54,690 nucleotides of DNA from a virus. Its lineage: Duplodnaviria > Caudoviricetes. Of the stretch, positions 18,579 to 27,900 are shown piece by piece; position 1 is the stretch's first letter; every line of letters begins with the position of its first letter. Position numbers and translations under genes: made by a program. The stretch is from positions 1 through 54,690 of the IMG/VR virus record IMGVR_UViG_3300037246_000474. The stretch is one strand, 5' to 3'. Under the pieces are notes generated by a model that was given only the letters and a program-made list of their open reading frames with translations, made no database searches and was not told where the DNA came from.

Positions 18579-19766
18579 CTATCCTTTCATTACTGCTAAG
18601 GGTCGTAGCTGTATCATAGGAGACACTAAGTCCATCTGGTTGTCCATTACCTCTTCGATGTCCTTGTAGGCACCTGTAGCCTCGTCTAAGTCCTTCTCAG
18701 TACGCAGGGAATGAATGATGCCCTTAGCATTCATGTAGTCTATCTCGTCATCTATGTCTAATCTTCTTTGAGCCTCTTTTCTGCCCATCTTTCTACCTGC
18801 TCCGTGACTACATGAGCGAAATGACTCAGCGTTCCCCTTGCCTTTAACGATGTAACTCATTGAGCCTTGGGAACCTGGAATGATTCCTATCTCGTCAAGC
18901 TTTGCAGAAGTTGCACCTTTACGATGAACCATAACGTTCTCGCCAAAGTGGTTTTCCATACGTGCATAGTTATGAGCCACATCTATCGCAGGGTCATGAT
19001 CTTCCTGAATGTCTAGCATTGCATAGAATGCACTGACAACACGTGACATCATTTCCTTCCTGTTCAATCGTGCAAACTCCACGCAATAGTTCATCTCTGC
19101 GATATAGCTCCTGCCATGGATACTGTCTAGTGGAAGAAACGCCAATTCATGAGATATTGGCACGTTAGAATAATACTCAGAATTCATTGCTATTGCAATC
19201 CTGTTGTAATAATCAGCAACCTGCTTGCCTAAGTTTCTGGAACCACTATGAATCATTATCCATATATACCCATCAGAACCCATCTGTATCTCTATGAAGT
19301 GATTACCGCCACCAAGGGTACCTAAAGACTTCCTCGCATTGGTATTCTCTGTACCTGCAACCATGTTCTGCAATCCCTCTGGGTCCTGCGGTTGTGGCAT
19401 CCTTGTTATTGGTCTTGGCTTTGAGTGTTTCTTGTATCCGAAAGGTATCTCTTTTCGAATAAGGTTCATTGCATACTTAAGAGTCATTTCATCTGGAGCC
19501 TCTCTCAATGGTAGCCTTACTGCAGACATACCACACCCAATGTCAACGCCAACAGCGTTAGGTACTACATACCCCTTGGTAGCTAAAACTCCACCAATAG
19601 GCATACCGTAGCCCATGTGAGTATCTGGCATTAATGCTATGTGTTTGAATGCGAATGGTAGGTTTGATAGATTTGTTGCTTGCTCGGCTGTCTTACCGTC
19701 TATTGTAGGACACCAAGATTTGATTGGTAACTTCTGAAAATCTACGTCTGGCGGTATTACAATCAT
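18579..19766 (-). CDS. rtcB: RtcB RNA ligase
   Basis: MPDTHMGYG, GVDIGCG, GGGNHFIE, HSGSR, HRKGA, HGAGR, AYKDI. Confidence 0.97.
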   Translation of the reverse strand: MIVIPPDVDFQKLPIKSWCPTIDGKTAEQATNLSNLPFAFKHIALMPDTHMGYGMPIGGVLATKGYVVPNAVGVDIGCGMSAVRLPLREAPDEMTLKYAMNLIRKEIPFGYKKHSKPRPITRMPQPQDPEGLQNMVAGTENTNARKSLGTLGGGNHFIEIQMGSDGYIWIMIHSGSRNLGKQVADYYNRIAIAMNSEYYSNVPISHELAFLPLDSIHGRSYIAEMNYCVEFARLNRKEMMSRVVSAFYAMLDIQEDHDPAIDVAHNYARMENHFGENVMVHRKGATSAKLDEIGIIPGSQGSMSYIVKGKGNAESFRSCSHGAGRKMGRKEAQRRLDIDDEIDYMNAKGIIHSLRTEKDLDEATGAYKDIEEVMDNQMDLVSPMIQLRPLAVMKG

Positions 19767-19789
19767 TATGAAACCCCTTTCATAAAAAA

Positions 19790-19860
19790 TAGCTCCACGC
19801 AGAATCGAACTGCAGCTAACGGATTGAAGACCCGTTGTTCTACCACTAAACTATGGAGCC
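19790..19860 (-). tRNA. tRNA-Glu(UUC), atypical C33
   Basis: GGCTCCA/TGGAGCT acceptor; U11-A24, U13-G22 and 4-nt variable loop (Glu determinants); anticodon loop TCTTCAA. Confidence 0.75.
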
Positions 19861-19866
19861 AAAAAA

Positions 19867-19944
19867 TGGTCCGTGTGGGAGGATTCGAACCTCCGACATC
19901 TCGGGTCCAAGCCGAGTAGGCTAACCTGACTGCCCTACACACGG
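19867..19944 (-). tRNA. tRNA-Pro(UGG)
   Basis: full cloverleaf; CTCGG-CTTGGAC-CCGAG; encoded CCA. Confidence 0.92.
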
Positions 19945-19949
19945 TTAAA

Positions 19950-20010
19950 TCTAACGGGGGTACTTTGTTACACACTGCCTCGTTGGCAGGAACGTTTCCC
20001 CCCTCAATCT
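19950..20010 (-). ncRNA. structured spacer RNA with loop-E-like motif
   Basis: GGGGG-GAA...AGTA-CCCCC flanking the CTGCC/GGCAG hairpin. Confidence 0.35.
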
Positions 20011-20020
20011 TAATCAAAAA

Positions 20021-20091
20021 AGCACATAGTCGGAGTCGAACCCACGTCTACTCCTTACAAGGGAGTTGTTCTGCCATTGAACTATACATGC
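20021..20091 (-). tRNA. tRNA-Thr(UGU)
   Basis: ACTCC-CTTGTAA-GGAGT; one G-G mismatch in the T stem. Confidence 0.85.
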
Positions 20092-20096
20092 GAATA

Positions 20097-20267
20097 TGGA
20101 TGGGAGTTTTTAATTTTCGTTTATGCAGAACCCCCAAATGAAAACTGCCATCTGGTGGTGGTACTTCACTGGTTTCGGTCTAGGCGACTTACGCCAGCTT
20201 CTCCACCTCTTATTGGATGCCGTAGTTGGTTACGAGCCAACCTTTAGTGGAGGACATCCTCACGGCC
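20097..20267 (-). ncRNA. three tandem CCA-terminated non-tRNA stem-loops (20214-20267, 20153-20207, 20097-20152)
   Basis: each has paired 5'/3' ends followed by CCA; none folds as a cloverleaf. Confidence 0.5.
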
Positions 20268-20270
20268 TTA

Positions 20271-20356
20271 TGGCAGCCACGGCAGGACTCGAACCTGCAT
20301 AGAGATTTCTCTCACTGGTTAACAGCCAGTTGCATTACCAATTATGCTACACGACT
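20271..20356 (-). tRNA. tRNA-Asn(GUU) with long variable arm
   Basis: ACTGG-CTGTTAA-CCAGT; 15-nt variable region GAGAGAAATCTCTAT; G73-CCA. Confidence 0.85.
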
Positions 20357-20752
20357 TTATCTCTTTCCTGCTTCAAGTATCGGAAGACCACCTTCGGTTG
20401 GTACATAAATTACCTGATTATCCGTTTCCGTTAAGCTGTCAATCCATAGATATCGCAGGTACCCTTCATTGTCCTTTAAACTGTCACCGATAATCTTATT
20501 GGCTTTTGCCACACCCTTTGCTCTTTCGACCTCTGCATCGGCTAACAGGGTTGCACTTTCTTTCTTTGCCTTGGCAGATTCAATCGTAATCTTCTTGGTC
20601 CACTCTGCTTCTCTCAGCGTTGCCTGACCTGCCAGATTCTGCTTGTACACCCTGTACTTCGGGAGAGTTGCCATCAACACTACTACCATAAGTATGATAA
20701 ATACGACAGCACCTGCAATTACCTTCAAAACCGCTTTCATCTCTCTGTCCAA
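20357..20752 (-). CDS. membrane-anchored coiled-coil protein (SPFH/prohibitin-tail-like)
   Basis: N-terminal TM helix; AEVERAKGVAKANKIIG...YLRYLWI...VIYVPTE. Confidence 0.75.
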   Translation of the reverse strand: MDREMKAVLKVIAGAVVFIILMVVVLMATLPKYRVYKQNLAGQATLREAEWTKKITIESAKAKKESATLLADAEVERAKGVAKANKIIGDSLKDNEGYLRYLWIDSLTETDNQVIYVPTEGGLPILEAGKR

Positions 20753-20789
20753 AATAATCCCCTTATCCTAAACGTTAAAAAAAGTAAAT

Positions 20790-21053
20790 TCATTCTACTG
20801 GTGTAACTTTAAATCTTGCTACCGGAGGTCTGTTTCTACATGGCGTATCATCTATGGATATCCATCCCATGACAGCACCAATTGGAGGAAATAAACCAAT
20901 TCCTCGGAGTACTTCTGCCTTGACAGGACTTTTGAAATCAAGCTGTGTGAACTTATAGCAATTCATCATCCAGCCCACACCCAAAAGCACTACCAATACG
21001 CATCCCAACAGTAACGTTCCACCGCACATCGTGCCAAACGAACTTCTTTTCAT
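20790..21053 (-). CDS. small membrane protein
   Basis: two hydrophobic segments; AAGGGGGA SD. Confidence 0.7.
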   Translation of the reverse strand: MKRSSFGTMCGGTLLLGCVLVVLLGVGWMMNCYKFTQLDFKSPVKAEVLRGIGLFPPIGAVMGWISIDDTPCRNRPPVARFKVTPVE

Positions 21054-21072
21054 AATTCCCCCTTATAAAATA

Positions 21073-21148
21073 TGGAGCGTATACTCGGATTCGAACCGAG
21101 ACGATTAGGTTGGAAGCCTAACATGCTACCGTTAAACATCATACACGC
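21073..21148 (-). tRNA. tRNA-Gly(UCC)
   Basis: GCGTGTA/TATACGC acceptor; TTAGG-CTTCCAA-CCTAA; U73-CCA. Confidence 0.92.
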
Positions 21149-21152
21149 AAAA

Positions 21153-21227
21153 TGGAGTGTCTGCTTGGAGTCGAACCAAGGTCGTTCGGGTCACAACCAA
21201 ACAATCTAACCACTGATATACAGACAC
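21153..21227 (-). tRNA. tRNA-His(GUG) lacking encoded G-1:C73
   Basis: TTTGG-TTGTGAC-CCGAA; base -1 is C, discriminator is U; CCA encoded. Confidence 0.8.
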
Positions 21228-21238
21228 GTTATAATATT

Positions 21239-21553
21239 TCAAGTATGTTTTGCCTGAATACATCCACCAAGTATGTTGCCTGAATACATCCACCGTTTCG
21301 ACTTATCCTTGCGTGGTGTCAGGTCTTTCTTAAGGCATAAGCCATATATTCTTAATTTAGGAAAAGAATCGCCAAAACTATCCAGATAGACACCCTTCTT
21401 CTCTACCAATATATGACCAATATGATCTCTCACTATATGATTCTTCTCTATAAGAGTGTTGCTCATTACAAACTTCCGCCTTAAATCCTTGCACTTAGTG
21501 GTGTAGTCAGCCGTCACACACAGCATCTTTTCGATATACTCCTTCTTAGTCAT
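21239..21553 (-). CDS. hypothetical protein
   Basis: AGGAG SD. Confidence 0.7.
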   Translation of the reverse strand: MTKKEYIEKMLCVTADYTTKCKDLRRKFVMSNTLIEKNHIVRDHIGHILVEKKGVYLDSFGDSFPKLRIYGLCLKKDLTPRKDKSKRWMYSGNILGGCIQAKHT

Positions 21554-21634
21554 TCTGTTCTCCTAGAAATAAGGAAGCTGTCTTGTGGCAGGTCGACAAT
21601 TAAGGCACTGACCCATGGTGCCACTTCCAAGGAA

Positions 21635-21704
21635 TGGTGGGGTAGACAGGAGTTGACACCTGCCCAAGACAAAGATACTAGCTCCGTCTCTGCACTCGCA
21701 CCCC
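21635..21704 (-). ncRNA. D-arm-less tRNA-like RNA ending in ACCA
   Basis: GGGGTG/TACCCC stem, GACGGAG-CTAGTAT-CTTTGTC arm, GGCAGG-TGTCAACT-CCTGTC T-like arm. Confidence 0.6.
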
Positions 21705-21714
21705 ATATATTAAA

Positions 21715-21787
21715 TGCCCAAGGAAGGATTCGAACCTTCAAATTACGGTTTCTAAAACCGCTGCCTCTGCCGTTCGGCTACTCAGGC
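21715..21787 (-). tRNA. tRNA-Leu(UAG) with short variable loop
   Basis: GCGGT-TTTAGAA-ACCGT; 5-nt variable loop; A73. Confidence 0.85.
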
Positions 21788-21883
21788 TAATGATTAAATT
21801 GGGAGCAGAAAGCCTGACCCCCCTGCTCCACAGTGCTTTGAAACAAGAGACAAAGCCTATGAAAGTTCGCCTCATGTTTTGAA

Positions 21884-21912
21884 AGTCTATCAGAAATGCA
21901 TTACGATTGCAA
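21884..21912 (-). promoter_or_regulatory. sigma70 promoter for the tRNA/replication operon
   Basis: ccTTGCAA-17nt-TAGACT with extended TG; same design as the promoter at 5797. Confidence 0.7.
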
Positions 21913-21963
21913 GGTAAAAATATATTTTTTTTTCTAGGTTGTAAGTGTTGATACGACAGTATC

Positions 21964-24900
21964 TTAGAGTTTGATCTTTTCAACAGCCATCTTCAACAGT
22001 TTATTCTTCATTACCGTTAAGCGATCTATCTTTGCACGTTTCTCCTGAGCAGACATATTCTTGTCTAATCGGGTTAACCTGACTCGCTTGGTAAGTGTCG
22101 CTACATTCTTCTGGATTTTATTTGCAAGCTTTCTGAACCTCAGCTTATCCTTATGCTTACGTGCATAATTCAATGCTTTTTCGGTTTCTCCAAGTGTCCT
22201 GTAATTCCGGACATCTGCATACGTCTGGTTCATTTCTTTTAATCCTTCATAGAATATGCTAGAATATTTCGTCTGCCTTGATGGTGTTTCGCCTACGAAT
22301 GAGCCTATCAAAGAATAATCTTCTATTCTGAATGACGGCTTGTTGGGAAATCCACCTGCTCGTTGTGTTAGCATGTCAACTCCACCAAGAACGAAACCGC
22401 CTAGCCATCCAGTATAACCGTTGACTAAATGCTCTATCTGCACGGGAGAAAGTTGTACCTTGTCCCATGGTATATGAGAAAATCCTTGACTCATGAGAAT
22501 TGCTGTCTCAGAAGTCCAAGCTTTCCTGCGTTCTGTTGGTGATAAGTTTTCCATTGCCAGTGTTTCAATAGGACGTTGTGTAAAGAAATTCTTATTAGCC
22601 ATTAGTTCAAGTACTGGCTTAACTGCCTGTGGTGCAATGTCAAAAGAAAACGTCTGCGTTAGGGCAAACTTCAATCGTTCGGCAAATAATGCTCCATGTA
22701 CCTTATCGTCTACGATTTGCTCAAGTGTTCTTTCTGCCAATGTCCCTATAACCCCTATTTCAAACGGCTTTGGAAGCCTAAAGGTATAGTCAGTGAAAGG
22801 GATTTTAAACCACCAATAAGTATCTCTGTCCCATTCCTCTCTTTCTTTAAATTCATCATCATCTTTATATGCTAAATACAATGCCATACTTGCCATTGCG
22901 ACTCCACCCGATACGAGTGCAAGCCTTGCTCCCTGCTCCTTGGTCATACTTCTACCAAGCTTACTCAATCCTTGGATACGAGCATTCATGAATGGTACAG
23001 TGTCGATTAAGAATCTAACTGCAGGCCACGCACCATGCCTGTTGAAATCTAACAAATCTCTCGCTTCGAAATTAGCTTCAAGGAAGCCCTCCTTATCTAA
23101 AGTCTGCTCAAATAACGCAGCCCTGTTAAGGTTCTCCCACCTGCTTCCAAATTCATTCCATGCGTCCAGTCCCTTCGCACTTGCATTCTTAAATTTATCC
23201 CACCCTGTCTTGTTATCAAGGATGCCCTCTTTACGTAGATTCCTGTTCAACTGTGCTTGTACTTTTTCAGGGTCAGTACCATACATATGACCGAACTGAA
23301 TGTTACCACCACCTGCCATCATTCTCATGAAAGACTCACTGCTTTTTTGTGTTGCTCTCCTTCCGCTACCAAAAACATTACCGATTAAATTCAGGCTGAT
23401 CTTGCTTGTTGCAGCAGACCCTACTGTATCACGGAATAAGTTTCTAACCTTAAAGTCTGGAGATGATGTAACGCCAAGAGTCAATAGCCTCTTGAATGAT
23501 CTCAATGCTTTCATTGGTCTACTGTTAAATCCCTCAAAGTTTAGATTTGTCAACGCCTGATATATATTTGGCTCATTAACTTCGTACCAAACTTTCTTAC
23601 CGTCCTCTCGGACAAACACGGCATTCGTACTCTTCTTTGCCAGTCTCTCTTCGATCATGCGTGTCAACTCTTCTTGACGTTCTTGGGCCGCTTCAAATGT
23701 GTCATAAGAGCCTCTGTCTTTACCAGAAAGTGCATCAACTACCTTGAACTGTCCAGACTCAGTCTCAACAACATCAATGTCAACATTAATTCTCTCTGCT
23801 ACAGGCTGACCACCTTCAATCTTCATGGTGATCGCTTTGTGTAGTGATTTGACAGCGACCTGATTCTTCAAACTGGCTCCAACCAAGTGATTCCAGTTAA
23901 GGATTATATTCGTCAGCATGTCAGCTATCGGAACGTCCTTGCCCTTCAACTCTTTAAATGCATTTTGATTGGCAATTCCACCCAAAGTTTTAGGACCCGC
24001 AGTTTGGTTTTTCTCCCTGTCCTCAATAAGACGGAAAAATGGTAGGTAATACCCCTCTCTCCATGATTCACGTTCTTTTGTACCGATTGTACCCGTCTCT
24101 TGTGCGACATCCAGTACTGATTGGTGTAGCTTTGAGAACTCAGTCCATACATCTCGGTATACAGACCTCCTGCTTCGACCATCCTTCATCTTGCCCTTGG
24201 TCAATCCCTTCAACAGCTTGATCTCGTCTTCGGAAAGGTTTTTCTCTTTATTGTGAACGAGCAAATCTTCTGCACGGTTACCTGCTATCCATCCCAACCA
24301 AAGCTCTAATTCTTCTCCTAACGGCTTGATGACATTAAATAGTCCCTTACCACCCTTTGCGTCTATAAGGTCAGGCACACCCTCAGTGAGCTTGATTCCT
24401 CCCATGGTCAGCAATGCCTCTACTGCACCAGAAGCGGATGTGGTTATTTGAGCCAGTTTCCATAGCTTATCGTCCAATTTCCTCAGACTTGCAAATTGAT
24501 CTATGGCACCCTGCTGTAATTTAAGCCACCAGTTTTTCTTCCATTCATCCAATCTCTCTTTGATTGTAATACCTTCGACTCTAGGAGATAGCTTCTTGTT
24601 GAATACTTCCTGAGTAGCTCTATCTACGTGTGGATTATCCGTGAAGTCTTTATCGGTAATTTTTCGTACCCTTCCACCCTCTTCCTCGAACGCAGACTTC
24701 TCTTCTTCAACAGATGACTCAATTCCATTCGATGCTACCCACGTATTGGTACCGACCTTTCGCACATATATAAATGCGTCTTTGATACGGCTCTCCATCT
24801 CACTAGGACTTAGCTCAGAAGGTTTCATTTTCCTTGGTGTCGCAGGGTAGTTCATGATAGCAAAACCACCACTTGCTGTAGCACTTGATATCTGGTTCAG

Positions 24901-27900
24901 CGTACCTCTCAACATCTCTTCATTGCTCTGAACATTAAGGACGTTTCCTGCCTGAACGACATCATACTGCTTATCTAGTGCCTTGGTATCATGGAGTCCT
25001 TCAACAACGTTTGTACCAAAATCATACGCAGTTACATTTGTATATCCCTGTCTCTCTAATATCTTAGTTTGCTTTGCGGCTTTACCTGAACCAAAATCTA
25101 ATATACTGGCATCTTTATCTTCGGTAAATTCCATCGTCAACCGAGTAGCGACTCTTGGCTCATCGTCTTTGACTAAATGATCTACGTTTGTTTTGTTGGC
25201 AATCGCTATCGCTTCATCAGAAAACGGCTTAGTGTCTTCTCCGAGAGTTGTCTGTATGTCTCCACCAAGGAATTTCTTCCTGTTCTTCTTCTTTGACTTG
25301 ACGGAGAACATCCTTCTGATAGATACCGTCTGATCTTCTTTGTACAGAATAGCATCCACAATCATGCCGTCTCTAATCAAACTGATAAGTGCGTCAGGAC
25401 TACTCGAACCTGCTTCCGGATTCAATGAAGTATCCAATGCAAGTGTTGCCTGTACTGAACCAAACATAACCGCAAGGTCCCTGATATCCTTTCTGAGTTG
25501 ATCGGTATCCTTACCCATAAGCTGTTTGACTGGCACATCAACGATGCCTCTTATATCGGTGTTTGCCGACATAAACGTGAGAGTCATAAAGCCCTCTTGG
25601 TGTTGTAATTCTTTACCGTATTTAATCACTGCATCGATATTAGACATCTCTCTTCCCAATAGCCTGTTCGGTACAGATGGCTTCAAGATTGCATCATCGG
25701 TTTTTATTGCCTTTACTCTTGCGTGTCCAGTAGGTGTTATATGTGCGTACTCTCCTGAGTCAACAACAACGTGTCCTGCGACTGCAGGTATAACTGCCGC
25801 CATCTGCTTGGTAAACTTCCTGTCTGCAGGAGAAGGTATAGCATTCCCACTTGGATGGTTATGTACAAACCATACCTTGTCAGCTTTCAAGTGTAATTGC
25901 TTCGCATTTATATTATCTATCTCGGTTCTTTGGTCATCGATAAATACTGAAACACTGCCTGGAAGCCTACTGGTTCTGGCTTCGTGACCGACAATGTGAC
26001 CCAACCTTGTGTATATTATTCTGAATGTTTCGTACTGAGGGTTTCTGAATACCTGAGATATCACTGCTATATCCTCTGCTGTTTCGGCTTTCATTCCACT
26101 GACCTCAATCTTGCCTTGCTTCATCATCTTCGGAGAGATACCATTGCCCTTGATTATATTCTCGGTACTCATAAGTGCGTCCGCAGCTATTTCCAGATTG
26201 ACAATATCACTCTTAAGTTCAGGGTGTTTCTCTACTATCTTTTTCTCAACCTTTTTTTTACGTACCTTCTTCTTCTCTGCCTTTGCCTTAACAGCGACAA
26301 CGTCTTTCTTCTCAGCTTTCTTCGTGGCAACATCACTCTTGATAGACTCGGAAAGTACCTTCTTTCTTAGATCATTTCTCTCAGCCACTGCCTGTTTATA
26401 ATCAGCTTGTGCAGCCGCTTTTTTCTTCGCACTGGAAGTGTTAAACCCTGCAATAGCTTTGAAGATTTGCTTGGAAAGCACAGCGTCTTGTTTCTCAGAT
26501 TCAGTATATGGAGCTTCACCCTTCTTAAGCTTTGCATTCGCATTACGAGGCTCAAGTCCAGTCATTGAGATGCCCTCTGCCTTTTCAGGTTCAGGCTCTA
26601 CCACTGCTTCCTTCTTCGCAACCTCAAGAGGAAGTCCTGCATCAACCAATATCTTCTCTAGGTCCTTTTTTTCGTCAGGAAATAGTTCAGGGTCAGTAAG
26701 CTCTTTACGTACCTGCCTTTCCTGCTCTTTAGATATTTTATCCTGAGCTTTGACTTCTTTCTTCGGCACTGGTTCCGTGGTTCCCGTTGGTTCCGGAACT
26801 GTCTCCGTTTTGTCTACAGTTGGCTCTTTTGATTGTTTTGTTAGTTTCTTAAAGAATTTCTCTTTGGTTTCTTTAGTTGGCTTTCCCTCTGGAAGTTCGG
26901 CTTTCGCTTTAGCGACATCCTCAGTTGTTGTCTTTTTTGCAACAACTTCTTCTGTGGGAATATCATCGTCATCTGGTATAACAGCAACCCCTGGCTCTGG
27001 CTTTATTGCCTTGGCTTTCTTAAGCTCTGCTTCTCTCTCGGCATTCTTAGTTGCATCTGGAACAACAGCGTCCCTGCCTACGTTGATAAGCTTTTTCTGA
27101 GCCTTTTCTGTCACCTTCACCTTTTTCTTCTTGACAGGTTTCTTCTCTTCCTTCTTAGGCTTCTCTTCCTTCTCGACCTTGATAGTCTTCTCGACCTTCA
27201 CCTCTTTATTCACAGCACTCTCAGCGTTTGCGTCAAGCATATCTGGCGCAGTAGCTTCCTTCGTTTCCTTGTTCTTCTCTTCCTCGCTACGTAGAAAATC
27301 TATAGCTTTTTGTTCTTTGTTAATCGTAGAAATACCTTGCATCATTTGGAATGCAGGAATACGTTGCTGTAAAGGCAGATTCTCTCTGTCCATTTCTTTC
27401 TGCAATGCCATCTGTAATTTCACAGAAGATATATTACTTATTTTACCATCTTGTAATTCCTTTTTATATTGAGTAAGCATAGTCTCCATGCCTAGATCAT
27501 TGTTGATATTCATCTTCATGCCTGACGCAACATATGACAGTCCTACAGCTTCCATCTTGTTAGCGATAGCGTCTGCATTTACATCTTCCATGCCACGTAC
27601 AATTTTTGCAATATCCTTTACTGCTTTCATCCTCTTCTGTGGACTGGCTTTTGCATCTTCCAACGCATGCCTGATACCCCATCTCTGTGCGGCATTTGCA
27701 GACTTACCCATACCAAAGAACAATAAGTTCGTGACGAAAGCGGGTCCGAGTGCGTCCATACCTGCACTCCATGAATTCATATCTGTAAGCCCAACATCCC
27801 TACGGAATTTATTTTCTAAAGCAGACTGTGCAAACTCAGTACCAACCTCAACAGGCGTGGTTAGTGCAAGTTGTTTCGCTCCAGTTTTTATAGCCTCTTT

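Noticed and set aside
19790-19860. Reading the loop as anticodon UCA (opal suppressor, recoded genome)
   Set aside because: Stem pairing centres TTC, the body has Glu determinants, and genes end normally at TGA without fragmentation
21635-21704. tmRNA gene
   Set aside because: Only 70 nt, no G3-U70 pair, no tag reading frame or pseudoknots
19766-21983. ORF-track entries 19766..20017, 20226..20408, 21550..21741 and 21738..21983
   Set aside because: They overlap tRNA genes, structured RNAs or the promoter and have no protein features
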